From a virus (Duplodnaviria > Caudoviricetes): a DNA stretch of 29,409 nt. A program made the position numbers and the translations under genes. The stretch covers positions 1 to 29,409 of the IMG/VR virus record IMGVR_UViG_3300025635_000123; one strand, given 5' to 3'. How positions within the stretch are numbered: the stretch's first letter is position 1; every line of letters begins with the position of its first letter. Positions 9,730 to 18,136 of this stretch are shown in pieces. The notes under the pieces were generated by a model. It worked only from the letters and a program-made list of their open reading frames with translations. It was not told the origin of the DNA and made no database searches.

Positions 9730-11228
9730 ATTTTAAGTATATCGTATTCGTAGGCATAACCGACAATTCTCGCTCCTTTCGTACTTTCAATTCTGAACTC
9801 TATATTTGTTCCACTTACAAAACGATCACCACTTGCTGTTACCGCTTTATAATGGGTTAACCTTGTATCTGGTGATGTTGCTGTTTTAGTCATAATAGTT
9901 GTCGAAAAAGCAGAAGTGGAATCTACACGATACTTCACAACGACCTGCGCCGCAGAATAGAGAGGTTCGGTAAAAATTTCAAAGGAAAGTAATTGCTTTT
10001 TTTGCATCCAATCACCGTCTGGCATCTCAGGATTAACAAGTGTTTCGTAAATACAAGTCTGCGCGAAAAGTGAATCTAAAACGGAACTATTTATCGTTCT
10101 TGTTATTGTTCCCACACTCGTATGAACAAAATAGGTATACCCAGCAATTCTTGCTGCTGCTAATACACTCGTTTCCGAATTATCATTTGTTGCTCCCTGT
10201 TCAACAGTGTATACCCAAAGACCATTGTTTTTATTTCTCGATAATGACGACAAACCATGTATAGTTTTATTACCGGTCAAATCAAACGAAAAGAAAAACT
10301 TGCCAGCATCAACGAAATTAACCTTCGGATTAATCGTGACAGCGGCCGATGAATCCGCTACGTTATAGCTTGTGATTTGTTTAATAATTTGCGGCTTACC
10401 CCCTCCATAAGCATGGAAAATTACCGATTTAGACACCTCAGACGATGATGTATTCGCAGGATAATCACTGACTATAATCAAATATCCATCAATTGAATTC
10501 ATTACTCTTGCCCGACATGCTCCTAGTGGTTCGCTCGCAGTTATAGTTACCCTGGTTTCATCGCAATCCCAGAGATACAAGAACGATTCATTTGCAACAT
10601 ATCCTACAATTGCAAGCATCGTATCGTATTCCCATAACGCCGTTGGCGTAAAATTCGTAGGCAAAGATGATAGCGCTGTATCTGCCCATGACGAACCATC
10701 ATAACTAGCTATAAAAGCACCACTGGACGTAGTATATGCAAAATAAATCTTGTCATTCTTAGAATGTCGGTGAGCAGCGAGGAACGTTGCACTAGCAATA
10801 GTTCGCGCTGTTGCTGCAGATGCGCCTGTACCGTCAAGATTTACACTATAAATAACTCCAGCAGCAGAACGAGCAAAATACCATTTGCTCCGATGCTCAA
10901 CAAGAAAGGTCGAACTTGCAGCTGCTGGCGCAGTCAACCCTGCAGTAGAAGACGCCCAATTGCTAGCGGCATCTGCTTTGCTATACATTTTTCCATTTCC
11001 GCTTCCATCCTCACCAAGTCCCCACATTTGATTATCAGAACCAGGTTTGATTATTGCTATGTTCGTTTGACCTGTTGAATCTGTCGCCACACCAGGTAGA
11101 GGGAACAGAACATTACGCATCATCGTCAAATCAAAATTCTTAGAAAACGAACATTGACCTACTGTGCGACTGTATTTATTGTCAGCTATTCCATTTCCGA
11201 AATCTGTCACCGTGATGCGTTTAGACAT
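9726..11228 (-). CDS. Putative tail nozzle / stabilisation protein (P22 gp10 or T7 gp12 analogue, beta-propeller)
   Basis: 500 aa beta-rich; N-terminal ITVTDFGNGI motif; position after the adaptor. Confidence 0.6.
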   Translation of the reverse strand: MSKRITVTDFGNGIADNKYSRTVGQCSFSKNFDLTMMRNVLFPLPGVATDSTGQTNIAIIKPGSDNQMWGLGEDGSGNGKMYSKADAASNWASSTAGLTAPAAASSTFLVEHRSKWYFARSAAGVIYSVNLDGTGASAATARTIASATFLAAHRHSKNDKIYFAYTTSSGAFIASYDGSSWADTALSSLPTNFTPTALWEYDTMLAIVGYVANESFLYLWDCDETRVTITASEPLGACRARVMNSIDGYLIIVSDYPANTSSSEVSKSVIFHAYGGGKPQIIKQITSYNVADSSAAVTINPKVNFVDAGKFFFSFDLTGNKTIHGLSSLSRNKNNGLWVYTVEQGATNDNSETSVLAAARIAGYTYFVHTSVGTITRTINSSVLDSLFAQTCIYETLVNPEMPDGDWMQKKQLLSFEIFTEPLYSAAQVVVKYRVDSTSAFSTTIMTKTATSPDTRLTHYKAVTASGDRFVSGTNIEFRIESTKGARIVGYAYEYDILKI

Positions 11229-11229
11229 A

Positions 11230-12312
11230 TCAGTATTTTATAAGATCAACTTCGTAGCTCTGTAGAGTACATGAAACTGTACCCGCTGTACTACGACCTC
11301 TGAAATCTATATATGTCGTTGCAGCAGTGTTCGCAGCGATCCTAAAATTATTTATAAACATGTCATTCGTCGAAACAGTTGCAGGAGTTGTCGGCCCCTG
11401 TTGTGCGTTGCCCCAACCAAAGACAGCCGCCGTACTTGTCGAGAATATGTCGGATTTGATGAGTACCAGGGAATATGGCGCGCCAGCCACCTGATACACC
11501 ACTGTCGAAGTTGCGGTTCCATTACCGAAATCCATTTGCGGATAGCAAAGTCCACTACTTCCTATGACTTCGTATGTAGCCGTAACCTGTAAACGGGTTG
11601 TAGAAGTGAGTGTATTAGCAGATATAGCAACAGTCTTAACAGTTGTGGTTGATGTGTTCGAGGTCGAAAGAGCAAGGTTCCCACCCGATGACAACACCGT
11701 GAAAACAGGCGTCCCCCATGTGAGACTTCCACTACCATTTTCCATTAGGACAGTTGAACTCGCACCTCGGACAGATGGGAATTTATATGCTAGTCCATTG
11801 AGAACGAGAGCGTTTGCCGTTGTGCTCGATGCTGCAATCGTGGTGGTTGCATTGTGCGTCCAGGATCCAGTAAGGGCATATGTGGCGGTTGTATCAAATG
11901 AAATCGACTGCCACGATGGGGCTGTAGCTGCTCCGTTTGAAGCGAGCACCTGACCAACGTTACCGAAACCGCTCACTGTTTTCACGATGTCAGTCCCATT
12001 CCCAAGGAGCACCTGGTTTGAGGACAGAGTGGTGGAACCCGTACCGCCATAAGGGACGGTGACGGCTGTTCCATTCCAAGTGCCAGAAGTGATAGTTCCC
12101 ACGACAGCGAGATTCGGTTTAGATGTAGTCGCATAGAAGGTCGATATCTCAAGTTTGTCGGTATTTAGATTCGAAAAATTAGTATTTATCGTCGTTCGAG
12201 AGTTTGAAAGAGTGTCAGAACCATTTATCGTTGTTACGGTTGAACCGTAATTAGGAAAAAAGAAACTTGCTATTGCCATAAAAATCCCTGTAATAGCTCC
12301 AATGATACTCAT
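11230..12312 (-). CDS. Fibre-like protein with hydrophobic N-terminal leader
   Basis: MSIIGAITGIFMAIASFFF leader, then DTLSNSRTTINTNFSNLN attachment-type helix, VPYGGTG and GQVLASNG...PSWQ fibre motifs; 2 Cys. Confidence 0.7.
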   Translation of the reverse strand: MSIIGAITGIFMAIASFFFPNYGSTVTTINGSDTLSNSRTTINTNFSNLNTDKLEISTFYATTSKPNLAVVGTITSGTWNGTAVTVPYGGTGSTTLSSNQVLLGNGTDIVKTVSGFGNVGQVLASNGAATAPSWQSISFDTTATYALTGSWTHNATTTIAASSTTANALVLNGLAYKFPSVRGASSTVLMENGSGSLTWGTPVFTVLSSGGNLALSTSNTSTTTVKTVAISANTLTSTTRLQVTATYEVIGSSGLCYPQMDFGNGTATSTVVYQVAGAPYSLVLIKSDIFSTSTAAVFGWGNAQQGPTTPATVSTNDMFINNFRIAANTAATTYIDFRGRSTAGTVSCTLQSYEVDLIKY

Positions 12313-12485
12313 AGTGGTCTATTCGTCATGCTTCCAGTATGACCGGACTTATTATTGATTGTGTACGGATTATCCCACGTCCCTTGTGCTGAATCCCAAG
12401 TAAAAGTTGCTTCATCCCACGTCAATGACTGGCTACCGTTTTCCTTATTTGTCATCGTTGCTGTATTCAATGGTCTGTTTGTCAT
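12309..12485 (-). CDS. 58-aa protein with three TWD repeats (not in the ORF track)
   Basis: MTNRPLNTATMTNKENGSQSLTWDEATFTWDSAQGTWDNPYTINNKSGHTGSMTNRPL; ATGA overlaps at both ends and fills the gap exactly. Confidence 0.8.
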   Translation of the reverse strand: MTNRPLNTATMTNKENGSQSLTWDEATFTWDSAQGTWDNPYTINNKSGHTGSMTNRPL

Positions 12486-13231
12486 ATGTAGGAAATTGGC
12501 GCAGGTGTCATACGTGCTTTCGTGGGATGGCGTAAATCGATGAACTCTTTGAGGTCTTTCTCAATTTTCATAATTCTCTGTTGCAAGAGAGATATGAGGT
12601 TTCCATCATCAGTCCTATTGATGATGTTCCAATCGAGAGCAGGGTAAAGCCCTAAAAGCTCATGAAAAGGAAGCGGAATACCAGGCTCTTTCGTAGTATC
12701 AGTGTAAACAAAATAACTTTGTTGTCTTCCAAAAAAAATCTCAATACCATTCGTTGCTGAGTAACTAGGTAATGTATCGAGATACAAAACGTTACCCAAT
12801 TCTAGAAATCGCGATGGGGTTCCAGTCGCACCACTGTCGGGGGAAATAATATCTGCTACCTCGTCACTATCCGCAGTGACTCTCTCTAATTCTACATAGT
12901 TAGTCGCATTAGATGATTGGAGAACTCTAACATGAGTAATATTGAGTATATCTAAAGAGTTAGCATCTGTAGTTATTTTGTAATCATTTTGACTTGCAAC
13001 GAGATTCACATATCCCACAGGTTGGTCGGAATGGTTCAAATCATCCCAGCGAATTTGATCGTTGTAAGCCAACAAAAGAGGCATTATACGAGCGAAAGCA
13101 CTGCTATTCACCGAAGCAGTAAACTCTTTTAGTAGGTTTGTGTCGCCACTAACTGTCGCACGCGGCTGCCTAGTCCAACGCTCATATAGTTGCACTAACC
13201 CGTCGTATGTTGATGTGTCGTTAAATTGCAT
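12482..13231 (-). CDS. Putative head-tail adaptor (P22 gp4 / tail tubular A analogue)
   Basis: Directly after the capsid gene; NLVASQNDY and EPGIPLPFHELL motifs typical of adaptors; start MQFND preferred because the upstream ATG lies inside a hairpin. Confidence 0.65.
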   Translation of the reverse strand: MQFNDTSTYDGLVQLYERWTRQPRATVSGDTNLLKEFTASVNSSAFARIMPLLLAYNDQIRWDDLNHSDQPVGYVNLVASQNDYKITTDANSLDILNITHVRVLQSSNATNYVELERVTADSDEVADIISPDSGATGTPSRFLELGNVLYLDTLPSYSATNGIEIFFGRQQSYFVYTDTTKEPGIPLPFHELLGLYPALDWNIINRTDDGNLISLLQQRIMKIEKDLKEFIDLRHPTKARMTPAPISYI

Positions 13232-13246
13232 GTTGTGAGGGGTTTC

Positions 13247-13290
13247 TTTCCCCATCCCTGCCCCGTGGAAGAAGGGGCAGAGTGGAGAAA
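13247..13290 (-). terminator. Long hairpin after the capsid gene (attenuator or mRNA processing/stability element)
   Basis: mRNA UUUCUCCA-CUCUGCCCC(9-nt loop)GGGGCAGGG-A-UGGGGAAA, 17 bp with 2 G-U pairs and one bulged A; no U-tract. Confidence 0.6.
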
Positions 13291-13296
13291 CAGACG

Positions 13297-14169
13297 TTAC
13301 GCAACGTTCACGTCATAGACCAACGGCTTGAAGGTCGTTGGAACGAGGTGACCGATGTCAACACGGCTGTAGAAAAGCGTACCCGAAAGGATGCCTCCCG
13401 ATGAGCCAGCAGGGAAATCCTGTGTCATCATCTTTCCGTAAAGGGATCGGAGAATACCTATTCGGTGAGTTTTCTTGACTCCGGCCATGAGGTGGTTCGC
13501 TGTAAGGTCGTTTGACCAGTAGTGGTCAACTCCCATGTAGCGGAAACCTTCCACAGTGCCGTCACCAAGAGCTTTGTCAGCTAGGTTGAAACCGTTTGCT
13601 TGCACGAAGGCTTCGAGAAGCTCGAAGTCAGCAGGTCGCCATACGATGTATGCGCCATACGTTCGCATACGGGTATTCCCGTTTGCTACTCGAATAATGC
13701 GCTTGATTCCTCGGATAATGTCGTCAATGTTTGAAGCTGAGACAGTTACCTGAGTCGTTACACCGGAAGCAACACCACCCGCTCCGTCAGAGCCTACGTC
13801 AGTCCAGGAGGCGTGTTGTGCGAGCGTATTTGTCTCAATGAACTCATTGAGCAAATCAGCCTGCACTTCTGCAATTTCCATTTGAGTGTTGTAACCAGTC
13901 TGAGCCATGTCAGCAAAGTCAACGAAGATAGGCATATCCCTACCAGTTGAGATTGTGAGAGTTTCAGCGGTAAACGCCACATCTTGTGGGTTAAATACAG
14001 TTCCACGAGTTACTGTCTGAGCCGATGGAACGGTAGACATGTAACCTGAGTTGATCGTACGGGTATCTGTTGGAGTCACCTGACATACGTCCTTCCAGTT
14101 TTGGGGGTGAGCAAGTCGGTGCTGCAGCGTTGTCTCGTAGTCTTGTGTGTAAATTATAGTATTAGCCAT
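13297..14169 (-). CDS. Major capsid protein (HK97-fold expected, P22 coat-like)
   Basis: 290 aa directly after the scaffold; ETLTIS, DDIIRGIKRII, YIVWRP and GFRYMGVDHYWSN match the layout of coat proteins. Confidence 0.82.
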   Translation of the reverse strand: MANTIIYTQDYETTLQHRLAHPQNWKDVCQVTPTDTRTINSGYMSTVPSAQTVTRGTVFNPQDVAFTAETLTISTGRDMPIFVDFADMAQTGYNTQMEIAEVQADLLNEFIETNTLAQHASWTDVGSDGAGGVASGVTTQVTVSASNIDDIIRGIKRIIRVANGNTRMRTYGAYIVWRPADFELLEAFVQANGFNLADKALGDGTVEGFRYMGVDHYWSNDLTANHLMAGVKKTHRIGILRSLYGKMMTQDFPAGSSGGILSGTLFYSRVDIGHLVPTTFKPLVYDVNVA

Positions 14170-14175
14170 AATTTT

Positions 14176-14202
14176 GATTCGCTAAACTTATTAAAGCGAA
14201 TC
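14176..14202 (-). promoter_or_regulatory. Hairpin in the capsid gene leader
   Basis: GATTCGCT-N11-AGCGAATC perfect 8-bp stem ending 6 nt before the capsid ATG. Confidence 0.5.
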
Positions 14203-14224
14203 CCAGACACTTGATTTTCGACTC

Positions 14225-14785
14225 CTAGTCGTTATAAAACATTTTATTGTTCTGGCTACTTGCGCGCCTAGCGGCTACATATTCAGCGGCTAACTTTCTT
14301 CCAAGTTCAGCCGGTGGGTGTTCACCTTTGGCTAGCCAGTACTCAACGGAAGTGCGGCCTCCACTACTCCCTTGTCCACCTCCGCGAGCAGCGTCAGCTG
14401 CGGCTTCATTAGACTTGTTCGTACGGAGTTTTTCAAGGCGAGCTTGGAATATATCGTCACTTTCCAGTGCATCAATATCCATTCCTGTTCGCTTCATAAA
14501 ATCCTTTGCAAGTTGGATTTCATCCGCGCCCTTGATCCCCATTGACCGTAATAATGCCTTTTGACCATAATCGAGGTCTGAAGATTCTTTTTGTTCTTTC
14601 GAAGAACTAACCGATTCATGCTCCGGCTCAGACTTCTTCGCATTGCGTTCAGCTATTCGCTTCCACTTTGCGGCTTCTGCCTTTGCCTTCTTGGCATCGG
14701 ATTCCCAATCAACTTTAGTTTCCTGAGAGTCCTGCGAACCGTCGTTGTTTACAAGGTCAACGTCCTGGTTGTCAATTTGATCCAT
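14225..14785 (-). CDS. Capsid scaffolding protein
   Basis: Acidic low-complexity N-terminus, charged helices, Gly-rich linker, immediately upstream of the capsid gene. Confidence 0.72.
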   Translation of the reverse strand: MDQIDNQDVDLVNNDGSQDSQETKVDWESDAKKAKAEAAKWKRIAERNAKKSEPEHESVSSSKEQKESSDLDYGQKALLRSMGIKGADEIQLAKDFMKRTGMDIDALESDDIFQARLEKLRTNKSNEAAADAARGGGQGSSGGRTSVEYWLAKGEHPPAELGRKLAAEYVAARRASSQNNKMFYND

Positions 14786-14861
14786 ATATTGAGAAAATGT
14801 TAGTCACTTTACGGTGAGTGAGAACGAAATCAATTTTAAACGGATCGAGAACCGTTTTCTT

Positions 14862-15440
14862 TTAATCGTTGTAAACAGTGACTTGTGCAACACAGTCAGT
14901 TGAAGGCAACCTCATTATCAAGAGTGCTGCCATCGAGTTACCGTCTGTATCACCGTAGATAGTTGAACCAGTTGATGTAGCTGCTTTCTTGATAGCAAAT
15001 CCAGTACCTCCTGCAATGGTTAGGTTGCTTGCAGCAGTCGTTGAGGCATGTCGAATAAACACCTCTCGGCGTTCATACGTTGAAAGCGTGCTACAAAGCG
15101 GAGTTGTTGAGGCTGGCAATGTAAGCGTCTTGTTTGCCACGTTTACCGTGTAATCAAGATATGAAGCATTTGTGAACTCATTACCTGCCAAAGTAACGTT
15201 AGCACTCGTTGAGGACGAAACACGGCCACCACCAATCGTCATTCCCCCCAGAAACTGCTCGCTATTGGAGTGAACTGCGCCAGCGGCACCGTAATCAGGT
15301 GTTTGAGATGTTTGAGTCTCAACAACACGAGTCTCAACAACACGAGTCTCAACAACTTTTCCACTATTTGTCACGGCAAACACCGCAAACCCTAGAGCAA
15401 GAGTCGAAAACACTACACTAATCAAACCTTTTGTATTCAT
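14862..15440 (-). CDS. Exported or membrane-anchored protein, possible capsid decoration protein
   Basis: MNTKGLISVVFSTLALGFAVFAV leader; VVETR repeats; TLTLPA...IAGGTG beta motifs; 2 Cys. Confidence 0.65.
   Translation of the reverse strand: MNTKGLISVVFSTLALGFAVFAVTNSGKVVETRVVETRVVETQTSQTPDYGAAGAVHSNSEQFLGGMTIGGGRVSSSTSANVTLAGNEFTNASYLDYTVNVANKTLTLPASTTPLCSTLSTYERREVFIRHASTTAASNLTIAGGTGFAIKKAATSTGSTIYGDTDGNSMAALLIMRLPSTDCVAQVTVYND
15314..15356. repeat. In-frame 15-bp tandem repeat (GAGTCTCAACAACAC, ~2.9 copies)
   Basis: Read directly; encodes VVETR-VVETR-VVETQ. Confidence 0.95.
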
Positions 15441-15442
15441 GG

Positions 15443-15568
15443 TTATTTCTTTTTACTTTTAATTCCTCGACCTTTCTCTTCCAAAACTTCATCAACCTGG
15501 ACTGTTTCCTCCTGGTTAAAGAGTTTGTCTTTGAGAGAAGCCATCCTAATCCCCTTGTATTTTTCCAT
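15443..15568 (-). CDS. 41-aa charged protein (not in the ORF track)
   Basis: MEKYKGIRMASLKDKLFNQEETVQVDEVLEEKGRGIKSKKK fills the gap in the operon. Confidence 0.6.
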   Translation of the reverse strand: MEKYKGIRMASLKDKLFNQEETVQVDEVLEEKGRGIKSKKK

Positions 15569-15585
15569 TGTACTTTACTTAACTA

Positions 15586-15981
15586 TTAACGTGTTTCCGT
15601 TGCCTCAATCGTGCTATTCCCGAAAGAATAGACTTTGACTGCCCCACAGCCGAACTGACCGCCGTCATAGACGACAGTAGTTGACGCAGCTTGTGAGTAT
15701 CCTTTAGTCCCGCTCGGTGTATCACCAGTTAATTCCGTAAACGTTAACCTAATCTCAGCCCCAGTCGTTGAAATGATGCGAGCAGCACAATTCGTTGAAG
15801 TTGCGATAGCCACAAATGGGGTGGCCGAGACAGCCAACTTTGAACTTGTTGCAATGGTCGTAGAAAGCCCCGATGGAGCTGACGCGAACGTAAACTTAAG
15901 ATTCATGATAACTGCAAAAATAAGTGCCGTAAAAATTACGAAGGCGATTACTATTTCACTTCTGTTAATTCCTTTGTTCAT
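15586..15981 (-). CDS. Exported beta-rich protein, possible decoration or spike protein
   Basis: Hydrophobic IVIAFVIFTALIFAVIM, TFA|SA cleavage-like site, 2 Cys. Confidence 0.65.
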   Translation of the reverse strand: MNKGINRSEIVIAFVIFTALIFAVIMNLKFTFASAPSGLSTTIATSSKLAVSATPFVAIATSTNCAARIISTTGAEIRLTFTELTGDTPSGTKGYSQAASTTVVYDGGQFGCGAVKVYSFGNSTIEATETR

Positions 15982-16064
15982 GTTTATTTTTTGTTTTTCT
16001 AAAAGCCGACCTTTAGTATCTCATACGCAGCATGTTATCGTCGTATCGTCAATAAGTGGATAAC

Positions 16065-16316
16065 TCATACAGCAGGGTTTGTTAGCGTTTCAGTACCTTT
16101 TGCCATTCGCTTGAAAGTCTCTAACTTGCGGAATCCATCTTGTAGTCTTTTTCTACCCTCCAAACAGCCTCTCACAATCTCTCGCTGCTGTTCATTTGGA
16201 AGCGAAACATCATATTGAACATTAAGGTCAAAGCGATCCATAAGAACGTTCTTAACCGCATTAAACATCACTTGGTCTTCAGCAAACTGTGCTAGTTTTT
16301 CATCAAAAGGGGTCAT
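16065..16316 (-). CDS. Hypothetical protein downstream of the portal
   Basis: ATGA-coupled to the portal; small helical protein; ends NPAV. Confidence 0.7.
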   Translation of the reverse strand: MTPFDEKLAQFAEDQVMFNAVKNVLMDRFDLNVQYDVSLPNEQQREIVRGCLEGRKRLQDGFRKLETFKRMAKGTETLTNPAV

Positions 16317-18136
16317 GCAAGTGCGTTAGCTGATTGGGCGAGATTCAATTGAGGGATTTGCGGCTGTCCTTGTTGCGGCGCGACCTGTGGGACCTCTGAT
16401 TTTGTTTGTGTCGCATAGCCAAAATCAATAGGGTTTAAGCCACTATATTCGACTAGCTTATTAAAGATTTTAGCTGCTGCTGGATTTTGTAATATCTGCG
16501 GATTTGCTAACACTTGTGTGAAGATGTTTGTCATCTTATCGACAATTCCAAGTAAATCTTTTTGCTTGCCAGCAACATTCACCTTAACGGAAAGGGGTGC
16601 ATCCTTCATATCATTCTTAAGAATCTCAAGGAAACGCTGGTTTCCACCTTTAGAGAACTCGTCCTTAATCTTTTGTTTGTAGGCCTCAAACTCAGGTTCG
16701 AGAACAACTCTACCCTTAAACAACTCATCAAACGCCCATTTGTTTGCTTCAGAGCGAGCAAGACAATCAGCCACATACTCCATCTCATCTTGGGAAAGAG
16801 TAGCAAGAAAGCGAACTCCATCTGTTATCTCTCTTGAAATGTCAGCTAAGATGCCGTTTTCATCGGTGTATAGCTGTTCAATAAACGAAGCGAACTTACC
16901 CATGCGATACTTGTGTAGTTCTTGACCTTGCTGCACCACAAGCGCTTGAAGTCTGAAAGGAGAGCCAGAAGAAGGAGTGTTACCCATGAGAGCGTCAGTA
17001 GCCCCTGCAGTTTGCTGTGCATGAATTTCCCATTCTCTAAGACTTTCATTGAAAAGACCGATATTAGGGGAAGCGTTAGGGATTTGATCGATTCTTGTGT
17101 TGGGAGCAGTGACCGTCACTTCAAGACTTTCCATGTCTTTAATCTGATTACGATTTGCGTACCCTTCATCTGTTGTTTGGAAAGCTATAAACGAAGCAGC
17201 TTTCAAAAGGTTTTTCTTACAGATTTCTGCGAAGTTAGTCCAAATTTGCTGATCAAAGAGTTCTTCAACCCCACCAAACACAAGAGCGCGGTTAGGTATT
17301 TTTCTACCAGGAAGATGAACCTTGAAAGGATTGTAGTTTTCTTTTTTCTTGTAAAGCGTAACTCCTTTCTTCTGACCTTTAACGTCTTCATAGAAAGCAA
17401 CAATCTGAAGTTGTCTGGTAAAGCGTTCTTTATCAGTATTTTTATCAGTGAGCCATGCGGTGGGCATAGTTCCATGCACCCTATAAATCTCAATCTGTTT
17501 TCCTGGAGTCTTTATTTTAATTTGAGTGTCAGAATCAACTTGCCTTGCTTCATCAGCAAGTGTAACAAGCTCATCAAGCGTAATGTCAGCTCCATTTTTC
17601 TTCTCACCCCAACCTGCTGAAGCCTGTTCAAGCAACTTGTCAGGAGAAAAGAATATCTTAAACGCTATCGGCCCAGCCATAATGTCGGTCTGATCGCAGA
17701 ACGCAATCGTATCGAGTGGCTCTTGTACCCAACCTTTCGCGCCTTTTCTCACTAGACAACCCCCATAGTCGATTTTCTCCTCCTTCAATTCATCAAAAAG
17801 GGTATCAAGATCATGTTCACGCACATACACCTCGTCGTGATATTTCTTGATCAAAAATGATTTGTGGTTCTGTTCCGGCGCGTTAACGTAAATAGTTACT
17901 TCCTTAAGGTCAATATCCTCAGCTCGATAGCGTAGGTTTAAGAGAGGATAAATAATGTTCTTATTTGGTTGTTTCTTCTCTAGTTCGTTTGTGCCAATGA
18001 TAAATTTACCATGCTTGAACAAGAGAGAACGCTTAATATGCTCCTTCATGTTCCACGGCCAATTCTCCATGACCTCGTATGTCTGACCGTACTGTGCCTC
18101 TTGCTCTTTTATCCAGGTAAAAATATCAGATTTCAT
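16313..18136 (-). CDS. Portal protein
   Basis: 607 aa between terminase and scaffold; Q/P-rich C-terminal tail; TAGATDALMG motif as in P22-like portals. Confidence 0.8.
   Translation of the reverse strand: MKSDIFTWIKEQEAQYGQTYEVMENWPWNMKEHIKRSLLFKHGKFIIGTNELEKKQPNKNIIYPLLNLRYRAEDIDLKEVTIYVNAPEQNHKSFLIKKYHDEVYVREHDLDTLFDELKEEKIDYGGCLVRKGAKGWVQEPLDTIAFCDQTDIMAGPIAFKIFFSPDKLLEQASAGWGEKKNGADITLDELVTLADEARQVDSDTQIKIKTPGKQIEIYRVHGTMPTAWLTDKNTDKERFTRQLQIVAFYEDVKGQKKGVTLYKKKENYNPFKVHLPGRKIPNRALVFGGVEELFDQQIWTNFAEICKKNLLKAASFIAFQTTDEGYANRNQIKDMESLEVTVTAPNTRIDQIPNASPNIGLFNESLREWEIHAQQTAGATDALMGNTPSSGSPFRLQALVVQQGQELHKYRMGKFASFIEQLYTDENGILADISREITDGVRFLATLSQDEMEYVADCLARSEANKWAFDELFKGRVVLEPEFEAYKQKIKDEFSKGGNQRFLEILKNDMKDAPLSVKVNVAGKQKDLLGIVDKMTNIFTQVLANPQILQNPAAAKIFNKLVEYSGLNPIDFGYATQTKSEVPQVAPQQGQPQIPQLNLAQSANALA

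Noticed and set aside
478-16925. Many 60-130 aa + strand ORFs over the structural module
   Set aside because: Antisense shadows of long minus-strand genes, with composition mirroring the real frame
16922-17620. 232-aa + strand ORF
   Set aside because: Antisense shadow of the portal gene with no recognisable motifs
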